DNA of 64,000 nt from Chloroflexota bacterium (GTDB taxonomy: Bacteria; Chloroflexota; Anaerolineae; Anaerolineales; UBA4823). The stretch is taken from assembly GCA_029265355.1 (NCBI GenBank), contig JAJUJL010000015.1, forward strand, positions 55,012 through 119,011, written 5' to 3'. Below, one piece after another: positions 17,140-26,487 of the stretch (position 1 is its first letter; every line of letters begins with the position of its first letter). Under the pieces are notes generated by a model that was not told the DNA's origin, did not search any database, and saw only the letters and a list, made by a program, of their open reading frames with translations. The position numbers and the translations under genes are program-made.

Positions 17140-19287
17140 TTAACGGCCCGTAGTCATCACAGGATCGAAACTGCTGAGCGTCTCAGGGCTCAGGTGGCAG
17201 TAGATGCGGTGCTGGTTGCCAAAGCTTCGCCAGGGCGGCTCACTCTGGCACACTTCGGGATCGGGCAGCAGGCTGCGCCGCGGGCAGCGGGTGTGGAAGC
17301 GGCAGCCGCTGGGCGGGCTGATGGCGCTGGGCACCGTGCCTTCCAGGCGGATGTGCTTGACCTTGACCGAAGGGTCTGGCACGGGCACAGCGGAGAGCAG
17401 CGCTTCGGTGTAGGGGTGGTAGGGCGGCGAGTAGATCGCCTCCGCCGGGCCGATCTCCACGATCTGCCCCAGGTACATCACCGCCACGTAGTCCGAGAAG
17501 AAGCGCACCACGCTGAGGTCGTGAGCGATGAAGATCAGCGTCGTGCCCAGGGTGTGCTGCACTTCCATGAGCAAGTTTAAGATGGCAGCCTGCACCGAAA
17601 CGTCCAGGGCGCTGACCGGCTCGTCGCACAGCACCAGGTCTGGGCGGGAGGCCAGGGCGCGAGCGATACCTACGCGCTGCTTCTCGCCCCCGGAGAGCTG
17701 GCGCGGCAGGCGGTCGTAGTAACTTTCACCCAGGCGCATGGCATCCAGCAAGCGGATCACCTCGCTGCGCACCTGATCCTTGGGCACGGTGCCAAAGCGC
17801 AGCATGGGACGCGCGATCTGCTGCCCGATGGTGTAAGAGGGATTCATGGTCGAATCCGGGTTCTGAAACACCATCTGCATTTCCTGGATCAGGCGCAGGT
17901 CACGCTGCTGGATCTCGCCGGTGATATCGAAGCCCAGGAACTCTGCTTTTCCTTCCGTGGCGTCTTCCAGGCCGATCAAAGTTTTGATCAAAGTGCTCTT
18001 ACCACAGCCCGACTCGCCCACTACGCCCAAGGTCTTGCCTTTGGGCACTGCGAAACTGACGTTTTCCAGGGCTTTGACAAAGCGTTTCCGACCCAGGCCG
18101 AGCACGTCTTTCAAACCGCTGCCGCTGACCGGGTAGTATTTCTTGAGGTTGTTCACCACCAGGATCGGTTCGGCATCCTGCGCTTCCGCCTGCGCTTTGG
18201 GCAACTCGAGTTCCTCAGAAGGCTTCCATAGCGCCGGGTCGATCTCTTCGGAGAAATGGCAGCGCACCAACGTTCCGGATGGCAATTGGCGCAGTGAGGG
18301 TCTTTCTTCTCGGCAACGATCGCGTGCATAGTCGCAGCGCGGATGGTAGATGCAGCCGGCTGGGCGGTTATTGGGCGGCGGCACACGCCCGCGAATGGGG
18401 TAGAGGAGGCTGGTGCTCTTGTCAGCGCCCAAACGCGGCACGCAGCGCATCAACCCCTGGGTGTAGGGGTGCTGCGGGTGGTGGTAGATTTGTTCGACCG
18501 TAGCGCGTTCGACCATTTCGCCGGCGTACATCACACCCACCCGGTTGGCAACGCGCGCGACCACGCCCAGGTTGTGGGTGATGAACATGATGGCGGTATC
18601 GAAATCGCGACGCAGTTCGGCGATCAGATCCAGCACGGCCGCTTCGACGGTCACATCCAGGGCGGTGGTAGGCTCATCCATGATCAGCAGGGCAGGGTTG
18701 TTGAGCAGCGCCATGGCGATCACCACGCGCTGCTGCTGCCCGCCGGAGATCTGGTGGGGGTAGCGCTGCATCACATTGGCAGGGTCGGGCATGTACACCC
18801 GCTCGAGCATTTTGACGCAGCGCTCCTGCGCTTCTTCATCGCTCATACCGCGATGCACGGTGAGCACTTCTTTCATCTGATCGCCCAGCAACATGGAGGG
18901 ATTGAGCGCCTGCATGGGATCCTGGTAAACCATGGCGATCTGGTCACCGCGCAGGCGGCGCAGGTCTTCGCCGCTGCGACCCACCAACTCCTGGCCCTGG
19001 AATTTGATGCTGCCTCGCTTGACGTAGCCGTTGGCGCCCAGGAAGTTGACGATTGCCCAGGCGACGGTGCTCTTGCCGCAGCCGGATTCGCCGACGATGG
19101 CATGGGTCTCGCCGCGGTAAATCTCGAAGGTGACATTCTGCACCGCTTCGACCTCGCCGCCGCGCACTTTGTAAGCCACCGCCAGGTTGTCGATCCTTAG
19201 CACCGGAGGCATTTCTGGATTGGGACTGATCAATGCGGCACTCCTTTCCGGTAGAGGCGCAGATAATTTATCTGCAGACTGTCGCAC
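17140..19287 (-). CDS. Fused double ATPase of a peptide/nickel (Dpp/Opp-type) ABC importer
   Basis: Two complete NBDs: Walker A GESGCGKS twice, signatures ISGGQQQR and LSGGEKQR, Walker B LIMDEPT and VLCDEPV, plus oligopeptide C-terminal extensions. Start ambiguous (GTG 19287 or ATG 19212). Confidence 0.9.
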   Translation of the reverse strand: MRQSADKLSAPLPERSAALISPNPEMPPVLRIDNLAVAYKVRGGEVEAVQNVTFEIYRGETHAIVGESGCGKSTVAWAIVNFLGANGYVKRGSIKFQGQELVGRSGEDLRRLRGDQIAMVYQDPMQALNPSMLLGDQMKEVLTVHRGMSDEEAQERCVKMLERVYMPDPANVMQRYPHQISGGQQQRVVIAMALLNNPALLIMDEPTTALDVTVEAAVLDLIAELRRDFDTAIMFITHNLGVVARVANRVGVMYAGEMVERATVEQIYHHPQHPYTQGLMRCVPRLGADKSTSLLYPIRGRVPPPNNRPAGCIYHPRCDYARDRCREERPSLRQLPSGTLVRCHFSEEIDPALWKPSEELELPKAQAEAQDAEPILVVNNLKKYYPVSGSGLKDVLGLGRKRFVKALENVSFAVPKGKTLGVVGESGCGKSTLIKTLIGLEDATEGKAEFLGFDITGEIQQRDLRLIQEMQMVFQNPDSTMNPSYTIGQQIARPMLRFGTVPKDQVRSEVIRLLDAMRLGESYYDRLPRQLSGGEKQRVGIARALASRPDLVLCDEPVSALDVSVQAAILNLLMEVQHTLGTTLIFIAHDLSVVRFFSDYVAVMYLGQIVEIGPAEAIYSPPYHPYTEALLSAVPVPDPSVKVKHIRLEGTVPSAISPPSGCRFHTRCPRRSLLPDPEVCQSEPPWRSFGNQHRIYCHLSPETLSSFDPVMTTGR

Positions 19288-19309
19288 AAGTGCGGAAGCT
19301 CTCAGTGGT

Positions 19310-20233
19310 TCATTTCTGGTAACGGGTCAGCTCTTCGCGCAGACCGTCGGCGAACAGGTTCAAGCCGATCACCAGGCTGGCGATGGCTAAGGCGGGCCAG
19401 ATCACCGCCCATTGGTTGGCGAAGATGTTGCGGCGCGCCTCATTGACCATGTTGCCCCAATCGGGATCGGGCGGCGGCAGGCCGATCCCCAGGAAACCCA
19501 GCGTGCCGATGGCGAAGATGGCGTAGCCGACGCGCAGCATGGCATCCACCAGCAGGGGACCGCGAGCATTGGGCAGGATTTCGCGAAACATGATGTACCA
19601 GGCGTTCTCGCCGCGCGTCTCGGCAGCCCGGATGTAATCGCGCGTGCGGATATCCAGCGCCAGGCTGCGCGCCAGGCGCGCTACCCCTGGGGCGCCAGTG
19701 ATAGTGATCGCCAGGATCACTACCAGGTCGCCTTGCCCCAGGGCAGCGATGACTACCAGGTAGAGCACAATCTGCGGGAAGGCGATCAGGGCGTCCAGGA
19801 ACTGCATGATCACCTGATCTGTCCAGCCGCCGCGGTAGCCGGCGTTCAATCCCAGGGTGGTGCCCAGCGCCAGCGAGCCAAAAACGCCCCACAGGGCAAC
19901 GCCGCCCGGCAGCACCAGTCCGCCCCACGGCAGGCGCGTCTTGAGCAGGATGAGCTGCGTACCCTGGATCAGGCGTGAGAAAATATCTCGCCCCAGGTGA
20001 TCGGTGCCCAGCCAGTTTTGGGCGTTTGGCGACAGGTTTTGAGTGAAGAGCTGGGCATTGGCTTCGTAGGGAGTCCAAAAGATAGAAATGATGGCGACGA
20101 TCACCCAGAAGATGACGATGCCCAGTCCAAAGGTGCCCACCCTCGAATCGAAGATGATTGACAGGCTCTTCCAGGCTCTTTGCCATTGGGTTGGCGCCTG
20201 CCTGCCGGAGATGGTGCGTGAAATGGTTGACAT
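19310..20233 (-). CDS. ABC importer permease (DppC/OppC-like)
   Basis: Polytopic. BPD-transporter EAA-type loop (IRAAETRGENAWYIMFREILPN). GGAGGGAAG SD. Confidence 0.9.
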   Translation of the reverse strand: MSTISRTISGRQAPTQWQRAWKSLSIIFDSRVGTFGLGIVIFWVIVAIISIFWTPYEANAQLFTQNLSPNAQNWLGTDHLGRDIFSRLIQGTQLILLKTRLPWGGLVLPGGVALWGVFGSLALGTTLGLNAGYRGGWTDQVIMQFLDALIAFPQIVLYLVVIAALGQGDLVVILAITITGAPGVARLARSLALDIRTRDYIRAAETRGENAWYIMFREILPNARGPLLVDAMLRVGYAIFAIGTLGFLGIGLPPPDPDWGNMVNEARRNIFANQWAVIWPALAIASLVIGLNLFADGLREELTRYQK

Positions 20234-20251
20234 GGGTTTGCTTCCCTCCGA

Positions 20252-21547
20252 TCAGGCGTAGCGAATGCGCGGATTCAGGAAGGTGTAGGCCAGGTCGCCG
20301 ATCAAACGGGTGGCGATGGCGATCACCACGGTGAGCATGGCGGCGGCTTCGACGCTGTAAAAATCGCCGAAGATGGCGGCGTCATAGATGTACTTGCCCA
20401 GACCGGGAAAGCCAAAGATCACCTCCACCACCACCACGCCGCCGATCAGCCAGTTGACGTGCAGCATGATGATGGTGATGGGCGCCATCAGCGCATTGCG
20501 TATGGCGTGGCGCAGCACTACCCGTCCGAAGGGCATACCTTTCAAAATGGCGGTGCGGATGTAAGCCGAGTCCATCACTTCAACCATGCTGGCGCGCGTC
20601 ATGCGCGCCACGTAGCCCAATTCCACTGCCGTCAGGGTCATCACCGGCAGAGCCAGCAGCTTGGGGTCAGAAAAGATGGCATCGGGTTTGAGGAAGACCG
20701 CTACTGCTGGCAGCACCTTCAGCCAGATGCCGAAAATCAAGATCAGGAAGATGCCGGTGACGAACTCTGGCGTGGCGGTAGCGCCCAGGCTGGTGATCGA
20801 GATGATGCGGTCTAGCGGCTTGCCCTCGTTGACGCCGGCCAGGATGCCCAAGAAAAGCGCCAGCGGCATGACGATCAAGAAGGCCACGCCGGCCAGGGTA
20901 AGCGTGTTCTTGAGGCGTGGGAAAAGGGTCACTGCCACCGGGCGACCGGTGAGCAGCGAGATGCCCGGATCGCCGCGCAGCAGGCCACGGCGCAGGGGTA
21001 AGAACTCCACTGGTCCATCCTGGTATTCTCGAAAGCCGGTCATCGTGCGTTCGTAGACCCGTGTGCCCTGGCCGCGCACCCATTTGACAGCGTTGTTCTT
21101 GGTGTCCACCCCCCAAAAGATTTCGCGCCCTTCTTCTAATTTCCAATCACCCGGATAGGGCTGGGCAATGGCGGTGCCGTCCGGCTGTCGCACCAGGGCG
21201 AACAATTCGCCGTTTTCCATCTTCCAGCGGGTGAGCTGTCCATTCACATCTGCCCACCATTCTTCTTCCTTGGTGGTGGGGTTGATCGTGCGTGCAAATG
21301 GGAAACCCACCCGGCGGCGGGCGCGCAGGTCGCTGCCGATCAGCCAGTCGATGTAGCGCTGCCAGGCAGGCTCGTTGAGTCCAAGCTGGGCGCGGTAGGA
21401 AGCGCGCTGTTCCTCGGTGGAGAAGACCCCCAGTATTTTCAGGGCAATGTCGCCGCTGCCCACTTCCAGCAGGAAAAACAGCGAGATCGAGACCAGCAAC
21501 ATGGTCACGATCGTAGAAACCAGGCTGCGGATCAGAAAGCGGGCCAT
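20252..21547 (-). CDS. ABC importer permease (DppB/OppB-like) with enlarged extracytoplasmic loop
   Basis: BPD-transporter fold. A roughly 130-aa hydrophilic insert follows TM1 (ARRRVGFPF...PVEFLPLRRG). GAGGAGA SD. Confidence 0.9.
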   Translation of the reverse strand: MARFLIRSLVSTIVTMLLVSISLFFLLEVGSGDIALKILGVFSTEEQRASYRAQLGLNEPAWQRYIDWLIGSDLRARRRVGFPFARTINPTTKEEEWWADVNGQLTRWKMENGELFALVRQPDGTAIAQPYPGDWKLEEGREIFWGVDTKNNAVKWVRGQGTRVYERTMTGFREYQDGPVEFLPLRRGLLRGDPGISLLTGRPVAVTLFPRLKNTLTLAGVAFLIVMPLALFLGILAGVNEGKPLDRIISITSLGATATPEFVTGIFLILIFGIWLKVLPAVAVFLKPDAIFSDPKLLALPVMTLTAVELGYVARMTRASMVEVMDSAYIRTAILKGMPFGRVVLRHAIRNALMAPITIIMLHVNWLIGGVVVVEVIFGFPGLGKYIYDAAIFGDFYSVEAAAMLTVVIAIATRLIGDLAYTFLNPRIRYA

Positions 21548-21580
21548 GATTTCTCCTCAATTCTACAGCCAGGGGATTGG

Positions 21581-21666
21581 GATGTTCGAGCGAGTTTCAC
21601 ATGCTCGAACATCTCAACATCTCCACATGCTGCTCGAGGCGTCAGGCAACCTGGCGCCTCGAGCAG
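21581..21666 (-). other. Two strong intercistronic stem-loops between the SBP and permease genes
   Basis: GATGTTCGAGC (21581-21591) / GCTCGAACATC (21603-21613). CTGCTCGAGGCG (21630-21641) / CGCCTCGAGCAG (21655-21666). Confidence 0.6.
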
Positions 21667-21699
21667 GCACAGCGGGTCAATGGCGCAGCGCAACAGCGC

Positions 21700-23376
21700 T
21701 CAGGCGGCGGACTCGTCGATCCACACCTCGTGCAGCAGGTCGTACTCGGTGGGATGAGCATCGATGTTCTGGAACTTCTTGGGAACGATGTTCCACACGG
21801 CTTTCCAGTAGGCAATGCCGATCGGGCCGCGCTCCATGAAGATGTCTTCCACCTTGCACATGATCTGGCGGCGGGCTTCCACATCCAGCGTGCGCTCGGC
21901 CTGGCGCACCAGGTCCTGGAACTCCTGGTCCACCCAGCGCGTTTCGTTCCACTCGACTGGCTTGCCTTCAGCGTCGCCGAAGTAGCCCAGCGGCAGCACC
22001 ATGGTATCCAGCGGGCGGTGCGTCCAGGAGGTCATGCCCAGGTCGACTTCAGTCCAGCGGGACCAGTAGCCGTCTGGGGTGGTGATGTCCAGGGTGATGT
22101 CGATGCCGGCGGGAGCGGCCATTTCCTTGAGCGCCTGGGCGTATTCGGGTTCTTCCAGGTCGTTCTTGGTCGCCAGGGTGACCTTGATGCCATCCGGGTA
22201 GCCGGCCTCCGCCAGCAACGCCTTGGCGCGCTCAGGATCGTACTTGGGAATGGGCTTGTCGCAGTAGGCGGGGTGAATGGGCGCGACGTGCGCATCGATG
22301 CCCAGGTCGCCCTGCCCGTAGTAGGCGAGCTGCAGGATTTTCTCGCGATCCTGGCACATCTTGAGGGCGTTGCGCACGCGCACGTCCGTCCAGGGCTCTA
22401 CATCCACGCGCATGCGCAGCACGGTGGTGACTGCGGTGCTGGCGGTGAGCACCTTGAACTTGGGGTTGTCCTTGAGCGCGGTCCAGTCAGCAGCGCGCGG
22501 CTGGTACATGCAGTCGATCTGCCCGGCCTGCATAGCAGCCACCGCGGCGTCCTTGGCCAGCGAGACGTAGATGATCTCGTCCAGGTAGGGCAGCGGCTGC
22601 CCATCAGCGCCCATCTTCCAGTAGTCGTTGCGCCGCTTGAGCACCGCGCGCTCAGCCTCAGAATACTCTGCCAGGGTGAAGCCGCCAGTGCCGATGGGCT
22701 GCTTGATGAAGTCGCCCTCGAAGCTGCGGTGCATGATGTTGGCGGGGTAGTGGAACAGGTGCTCGGGCACGCCAATGTTGGGTTCCTGGAGGTGCAGGCG
22801 CACGGTGTACTCGTCCACCTTCTCAACATCCTGCATGCCGCGCAGGTAGGAGAGCAGGCTGAGCATGGATGAGCCCACGTCCGGGTTGAGCCATTGTTCG
22901 AAGTTGAACATCACATCGTCAGCGGTCAGTTCGTCGCCGTTATTGAATTTAACGCCTTTGCGCAGGAACAGCGTCCAGGTCTTGAGGTCTTCACTGGCTT
23001 CCCACTTTTCCAGCAGGTAGGGGCGGGTGATGTTGTCTGGACCGGTCTGGGTCAGGTACTCAGCCACGTGGGCGACCACGTTGGATTGTTGCACCCAAGA
23101 GAAGCGCGCCGGGTGGTCGATCTTCTGCAATTCCATGCCGCGGGTGAAGGTGCCGCCGCGCTTGACAGCGGGCGCGGCGGCAGGCGCCTGGGTTGCGGTG
23201 GGCTGCTCCGCGGCGGGTGCGGCGCAGGCCGCCAGGGCGGCGGACATGCCCAGCAGGGTGGCGAAGCGCAAAAATTCGCGCCGGGTAATGCGCCCTTGCT
23301 GGTACTGGTTGTAGGCTTCGGGAATTGCGGGATGGATTTTTTCCATCTGTTTCTTCGAGACACTTGCTGGTTTCAT
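21700..23376 (-). CDS. Family-5 (peptide/nickel) ABC substrate-binding protein, Tat/lipoprotein-type signal
   Basis: RREFLRFATLLGMSAALAACA signal. SBP_bac_5-like body. AGGAGAAG SD. Confidence 0.9.
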   Translation of the reverse strand: MKPASVSKKQMEKIHPAIPEAYNQYQQGRITRREFLRFATLLGMSAALAACAAPAAEQPTATQAPAAAPAVKRGGTFTRGMELQKIDHPARFSWVQQSNVVAHVAEYLTQTGPDNITRPYLLEKWEASEDLKTWTLFLRKGVKFNNGDELTADDVMFNFEQWLNPDVGSSMLSLLSYLRGMQDVEKVDEYTVRLHLQEPNIGVPEHLFHYPANIMHRSFEGDFIKQPIGTGGFTLAEYSEAERAVLKRRNDYWKMGADGQPLPYLDEIIYVSLAKDAAVAAMQAGQIDCMYQPRAADWTALKDNPKFKVLTASTAVTTVLRMRVDVEPWTDVRVRNALKMCQDREKILQLAYYGQGDLGIDAHVAPIHPAYCDKPIPKYDPERAKALLAEAGYPDGIKVTLATKNDLEEPEYAQALKEMAAPAGIDITLDITTPDGYWSRWTEVDLGMTSWTHRPLDTMVLPLGYFGDAEGKPVEWNETRWVDQEFQDLVRQAERTLDVEARRQIMCKVEDIFMERGPIGIAYWKAVWNIVPKKFQNIDAHPTEYDLLHEVWIDESAA

Positions 23377-23569
23377 AGTCTTCTCCTACGTTTGATGGAT
23401 GGATCGGGATGTTTGCACCTGCCGGTAGTGCGCACAGCAGGCAATGGCTGTGTGGGCGAATTTGACGGCGAACACCTCCTCGAAACCTGTTACTCCAAGC
23501 GGCGCTGGTCTTGAGCCAGCGCGGGCGCTGAATCGGAGCTGGCTCTGATTCGGAGCAAGCTCCGATCGT

Positions 23570-24262
23570 TTACTTGATCACGGTTTTCAAACCGGGCAGC
23601 TCGACCGGCAGCCCACGCGCTTTCCACTCAGGGAATCCCCAGGCCAGCCGACGCACATTGAAGCCCAGGTTGTGCAGCAGACGCACGGCCTGGTCCGCCA
23701 GCGTGCCATAGGGACCACGGCAGTAGACCACGATCAGGTCTTCGCGTGGCAGGGTGTGCGCCTGGGCGCCGAGCGAGGCAAGCGGCGCGGAGCGCGCTCC
23801 GGCGATATGACCGGCCAGGTATTCCCGTTCCGGGCGCACATCCAGCACGCATACCTGCTCGCTTTGCATGCGCTGCTGCAGTTCATCGAACTCGATCTCC
23901 CCGAGCAGCTTGCGTTCCGGCAGCTCCCGGGATTCGAGCGAAGCCAATTCAACCAGGTGGGTTTTGCCCAGGCAATACAGTGCGCGCAGCACATCGTAGA
24001 CGTTGGGGTGGGAGATGCGGTACAGGGCTTTGACGCCGCTGCGCTGCACGCTCACCAGGCGGGCGCTGCGCAGGATTTGCAGGTGTTGGGACGTGCTGGC
24101 GATCGAGATGTCCATCTCGCGCGCCAGCTCTTCCACGCTGCACTCGCCCTGCAAAAGCAGCTCGAGCAGCTCCAGGCGGTGCTCGTTGCCGAAGCCCTTG
24201 CACACGCTGGCAAGCTGGAGAAATACCTGTTGAGTGAAATTGCCCTGGGTTTCCAGATACAT
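23570..24262 (-). CDS. ArsR/SmtB-family regulator fused to a rhodanese domain
   Basis: wHTH HRLELLELLLQGECSVEELAREMDISIASTSQHLQILRSARLV. C-terminal rhodanese with active-site loop VVYCRGPYG. Confidence 0.85.
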   Translation of the reverse strand: MYLETQGNFTQQVFLQLASVCKGFGNEHRLELLELLLQGECSVEELAREMDISIASTSQHLQILRSARLVSVQRSGVKALYRISHPNVYDVLRALYCLGKTHLVELASLESRELPERKLLGEIEFDELQQRMQSEQVCVLDVRPEREYLAGHIAGARSAPLASLGAQAHTLPREDLIVVYCRGPYGTLADQAVRLLHNLGFNVRRLAWGFPEWKARGLPVELPGLKTVIK

Positions 24263-24270
24263 TTGGTCAT

Positions 24271-24296
24271 ATTATTCAATTGAATGATTGAATAAT
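24271..24296. promoter_or_regulatory. Candidate ArsR-type operator in the 5' UTR of the ArsR-rhodanese gene
   Basis: ATTATTCAAT-tgaatg-ATTGAATAAT (10-bp perfect arms) with nested 12-bp palindrome ATTCAATTGAAT (24274-24285). Lies 9 nt upstream of the start codon. Confidence 0.5.
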
Positions 24297-24304
24297 ACTT
24301 ATTC

Positions 24305-24332
24305 ATTCTAGCAGAGAAAATAATTCTGTCAA
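24305..24332 (-). promoter_or_regulatory. Promoter of the ArsR-rhodanese gene
   Basis: Minus strand TTGACA (24332-24327), 16 nt, TAGAAT (24310-24305). Confidence 0.55.
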
Positions 24333-24476
24333 CAGGAATTTCGGTTGCGAAGATGCATGAAGTGATAAAAAAGCTCGATCGAATTGATTTACCTGAGCAA
24401 CCAGGCGGCATGAATTTCATCTTGTAACAAGTATGACATTTATCACATGAAAATAGTGACAAATATCACTGTTTTA

Positions 24477-24491
24477 TTTTTTTTTTTTTTT
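24477..24491. repeat. T15 homopolymer
   Basis: 15 consecutive T in the AT-rich intergenic region upstream of the RHS relic. Confidence 0.95.
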
Positions 24492-24610
24492 GGATTTTTG
24501 CGATAATCTATATAGAATACCCAGGGGGAAAGAAAGCACCTGCCCCTGAAGGGCACCTCACAATACTCAATACCTGATCCAGCCTTCTGTTTGCACATAA
24601 AGAGGGGGAA

Positions 24611-25720
24611 ATGAACCCAACCCGACGCATCTACCGCATTGTCAGCCTGCTCGTCATCCTGGCCCTGACATATTGAAGGACGAGCTGTCAGCTCATCCAG
24701 GGTGGATGGGCAAGCTGTCAGCTTGCCCTATTTCTTGTTACCAAGATGCAAATTTATGATCCTGATATGGGAACGTGGTAAGATCAATTTGATGCGGCGA
24801 GCAACATGGACTGGGTCAAGGATTACACCGCCAGGTGGCCGGATGATCCACCCACGGCCCACGAGCTGCAAGACTTCACCTACGACCTGCTCAACCGGCT
24901 GGACGCCGCCTCCGCCACCGGCGGCGACGGGTAGGGGTTGTATCATGAGAATTATGACTCTGACTCGCAAGGCAACCTGTGGAAGAAAGGCACTGTGAAC
25001 CAGGAGACGGTCTACACCTACCTGGATGGCAACCACAAGCACGCCGTGACGCACCTGGGCGGAGTTCAGAAGTACTGGTATGACGCCAACGGCAACATGA
25101 CCCAGCGCAACACGGGTACTGTGCTCGACATGAGCTACGACGCCGAAAACCGGCTGGTGCAGGTGAACAAGAACGGCGCCTTGCACATGACCAATATTTA
25201 TGACGGCGACGGGCAGCGAGTGAAGACGATCATCGAAGGGACGCAGAGCGACACGGTGCTCACCTACCTGGGCAACTACTACGAAGTCGAGACGATTGGC
25301 AGCGCGAGCACGGTGCGCAGCTACTACTATGCCGGCTCGCAGCGGCTGGCGATGCGCGCCAATGCGGACTTGTATTACCTGCTAGGCGACCACCTGGGCA
25401 GCACCAGCCTGAGCTACAAAGCGGTTGGCGACGTTGTCCAGACGCAGACCTACATGGCCTGGGGAGAAAACCGCTGGCCCACGATCAGCGCTCTGCCGAC
25501 CATGCTGAGGTACACCGGTCAGCGCGCCGAGACCAGCCTGGGCATTTATTTCTATGGAGCAAGGTGGTACGACCCTTGGACGGTGTCCATTCTACGGGGT
25601 GAAGCCCAAGGTGATACTGCCTTCATTTTTGCCATCGAACAAATGCAACTCCCCCGTTCCGCGGCGCGAACATGTTGTCAGCGCCCGGCTGCCAGCAGCA
25701 TCTTGTCCTGCATCGCATAA
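24611..25720 (+). pseudogene. Decayed RHS/YD-repeat polymorphic-toxin gene
   Basis: 21-codon signal-anchor stub (MNPTRRIYRIVSLLVILALTY*), then one frame with YD repeats (FTYDLLNRL, YDSDSQGNL, YDANGNMTQ, YDAENRLVQ, YDGDGQRVK) and RHS core end (YYYAGSQRLAMR, YLLGDHLGS, RYTGQ, YGARWYDP). In-frame TAA 24779 and TAG 24932. Frame break right after YDP and no toxin domain. Confidence 0.7.
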
Positions 25721-26487
25721 ATCAAAATCCCCGCCGCCACCGCCAGGTTGAGCGAGCTGACCTTGCCGCGCATGGGCAGGCGCAGCACGCTCTCGCAGAT
25801 GGCTTGCTGCTCCGTGCTCAGCCCTTCGCGCTCGCTGCCCAGCAGCAGGATGGCAGGTGTCTGGTACGCCACCCGGCGGTAATCCGCCTGGCCGCGCGCT
25901 GAGCTGCCATAGATATGATAGCTATGCCGGCGCGCCCAGTCTGCAAATTCGTCGAAGCTGGCGGCTGCCACTGGCAGCCAGAAGATCGCTCCCATGCTGG
26001 CGCGCACTGCGCTGGGATGGTAGGGATCGGCGCTGTTTTCGAGCAAGATCAGTCCACTGGCGCCGGCGGCGTCGATGCTGCGCAGGATGGCGCCAATGTT
26101 GCCGGGGTCCTGCGGAGCGACCAGCGCCACACCCCACGGCAAGCTGGCGGGTGAAAGTTCGGCGAGGCTGGCCCGGCGTTGTCGCACCACGGCGAGCAGG
26201 CCCTGCGGGTTGTCTTTATCGGCGATAGAGGCGAACACTTCGCTGCTCACGGCGTAGCAATTCAGGCCTCGTTGCTGCTGCTCAGTCACCAGCGCGCGGG
26301 CAAACTCGCTGCTGAGCAGCTCAGGCGCGTAGTAGATGGCATCGATCTCGGCGCCGGCCGCCACCGCTTCGCCGACGTGGCGGATGCCTTCGACGAGGAA
26401 CAACCCGCTGGCGCTGCGCTCCTTTCCCTGGCGCAGCAGGCGCGCTTGCTTGATTTTGGGATTGCTGCGGCTGGTGATCAGGCTCAT
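25678..26487 (-). CDS. TrmH/SpoU-family RNA 2'-O-methyltransferase
   Basis: SpoU substrate-binding N-domain plus methylase motifs (VAPQDPGNIGAILRS, LLLGSEREGLS, LPMRGKVSSLNLAVAAGI). Confidence 0.85.
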   Translation of the reverse strand: MSLITSRSNPKIKQARLLRQGKERSASGLFLVEGIRHVGEAVAAGAEIDAIYYAPELLSSEFARALVTEQQQRGLNCYAVSSEVFASIADKDNPQGLLAVVRQRRASLAELSPASLPWGVALVAPQDPGNIGAILRSIDAAGASGLILLENSADPYHPSAVRASMGAIFWLPVAAASFDEFADWARRHSYHIYGSSARGQADYRRVAYQTPAILLLGSEREGLSTEQQAICESVLRLPMRGKVSSLNLAVAAGILIYAMQDKMLLAAGR

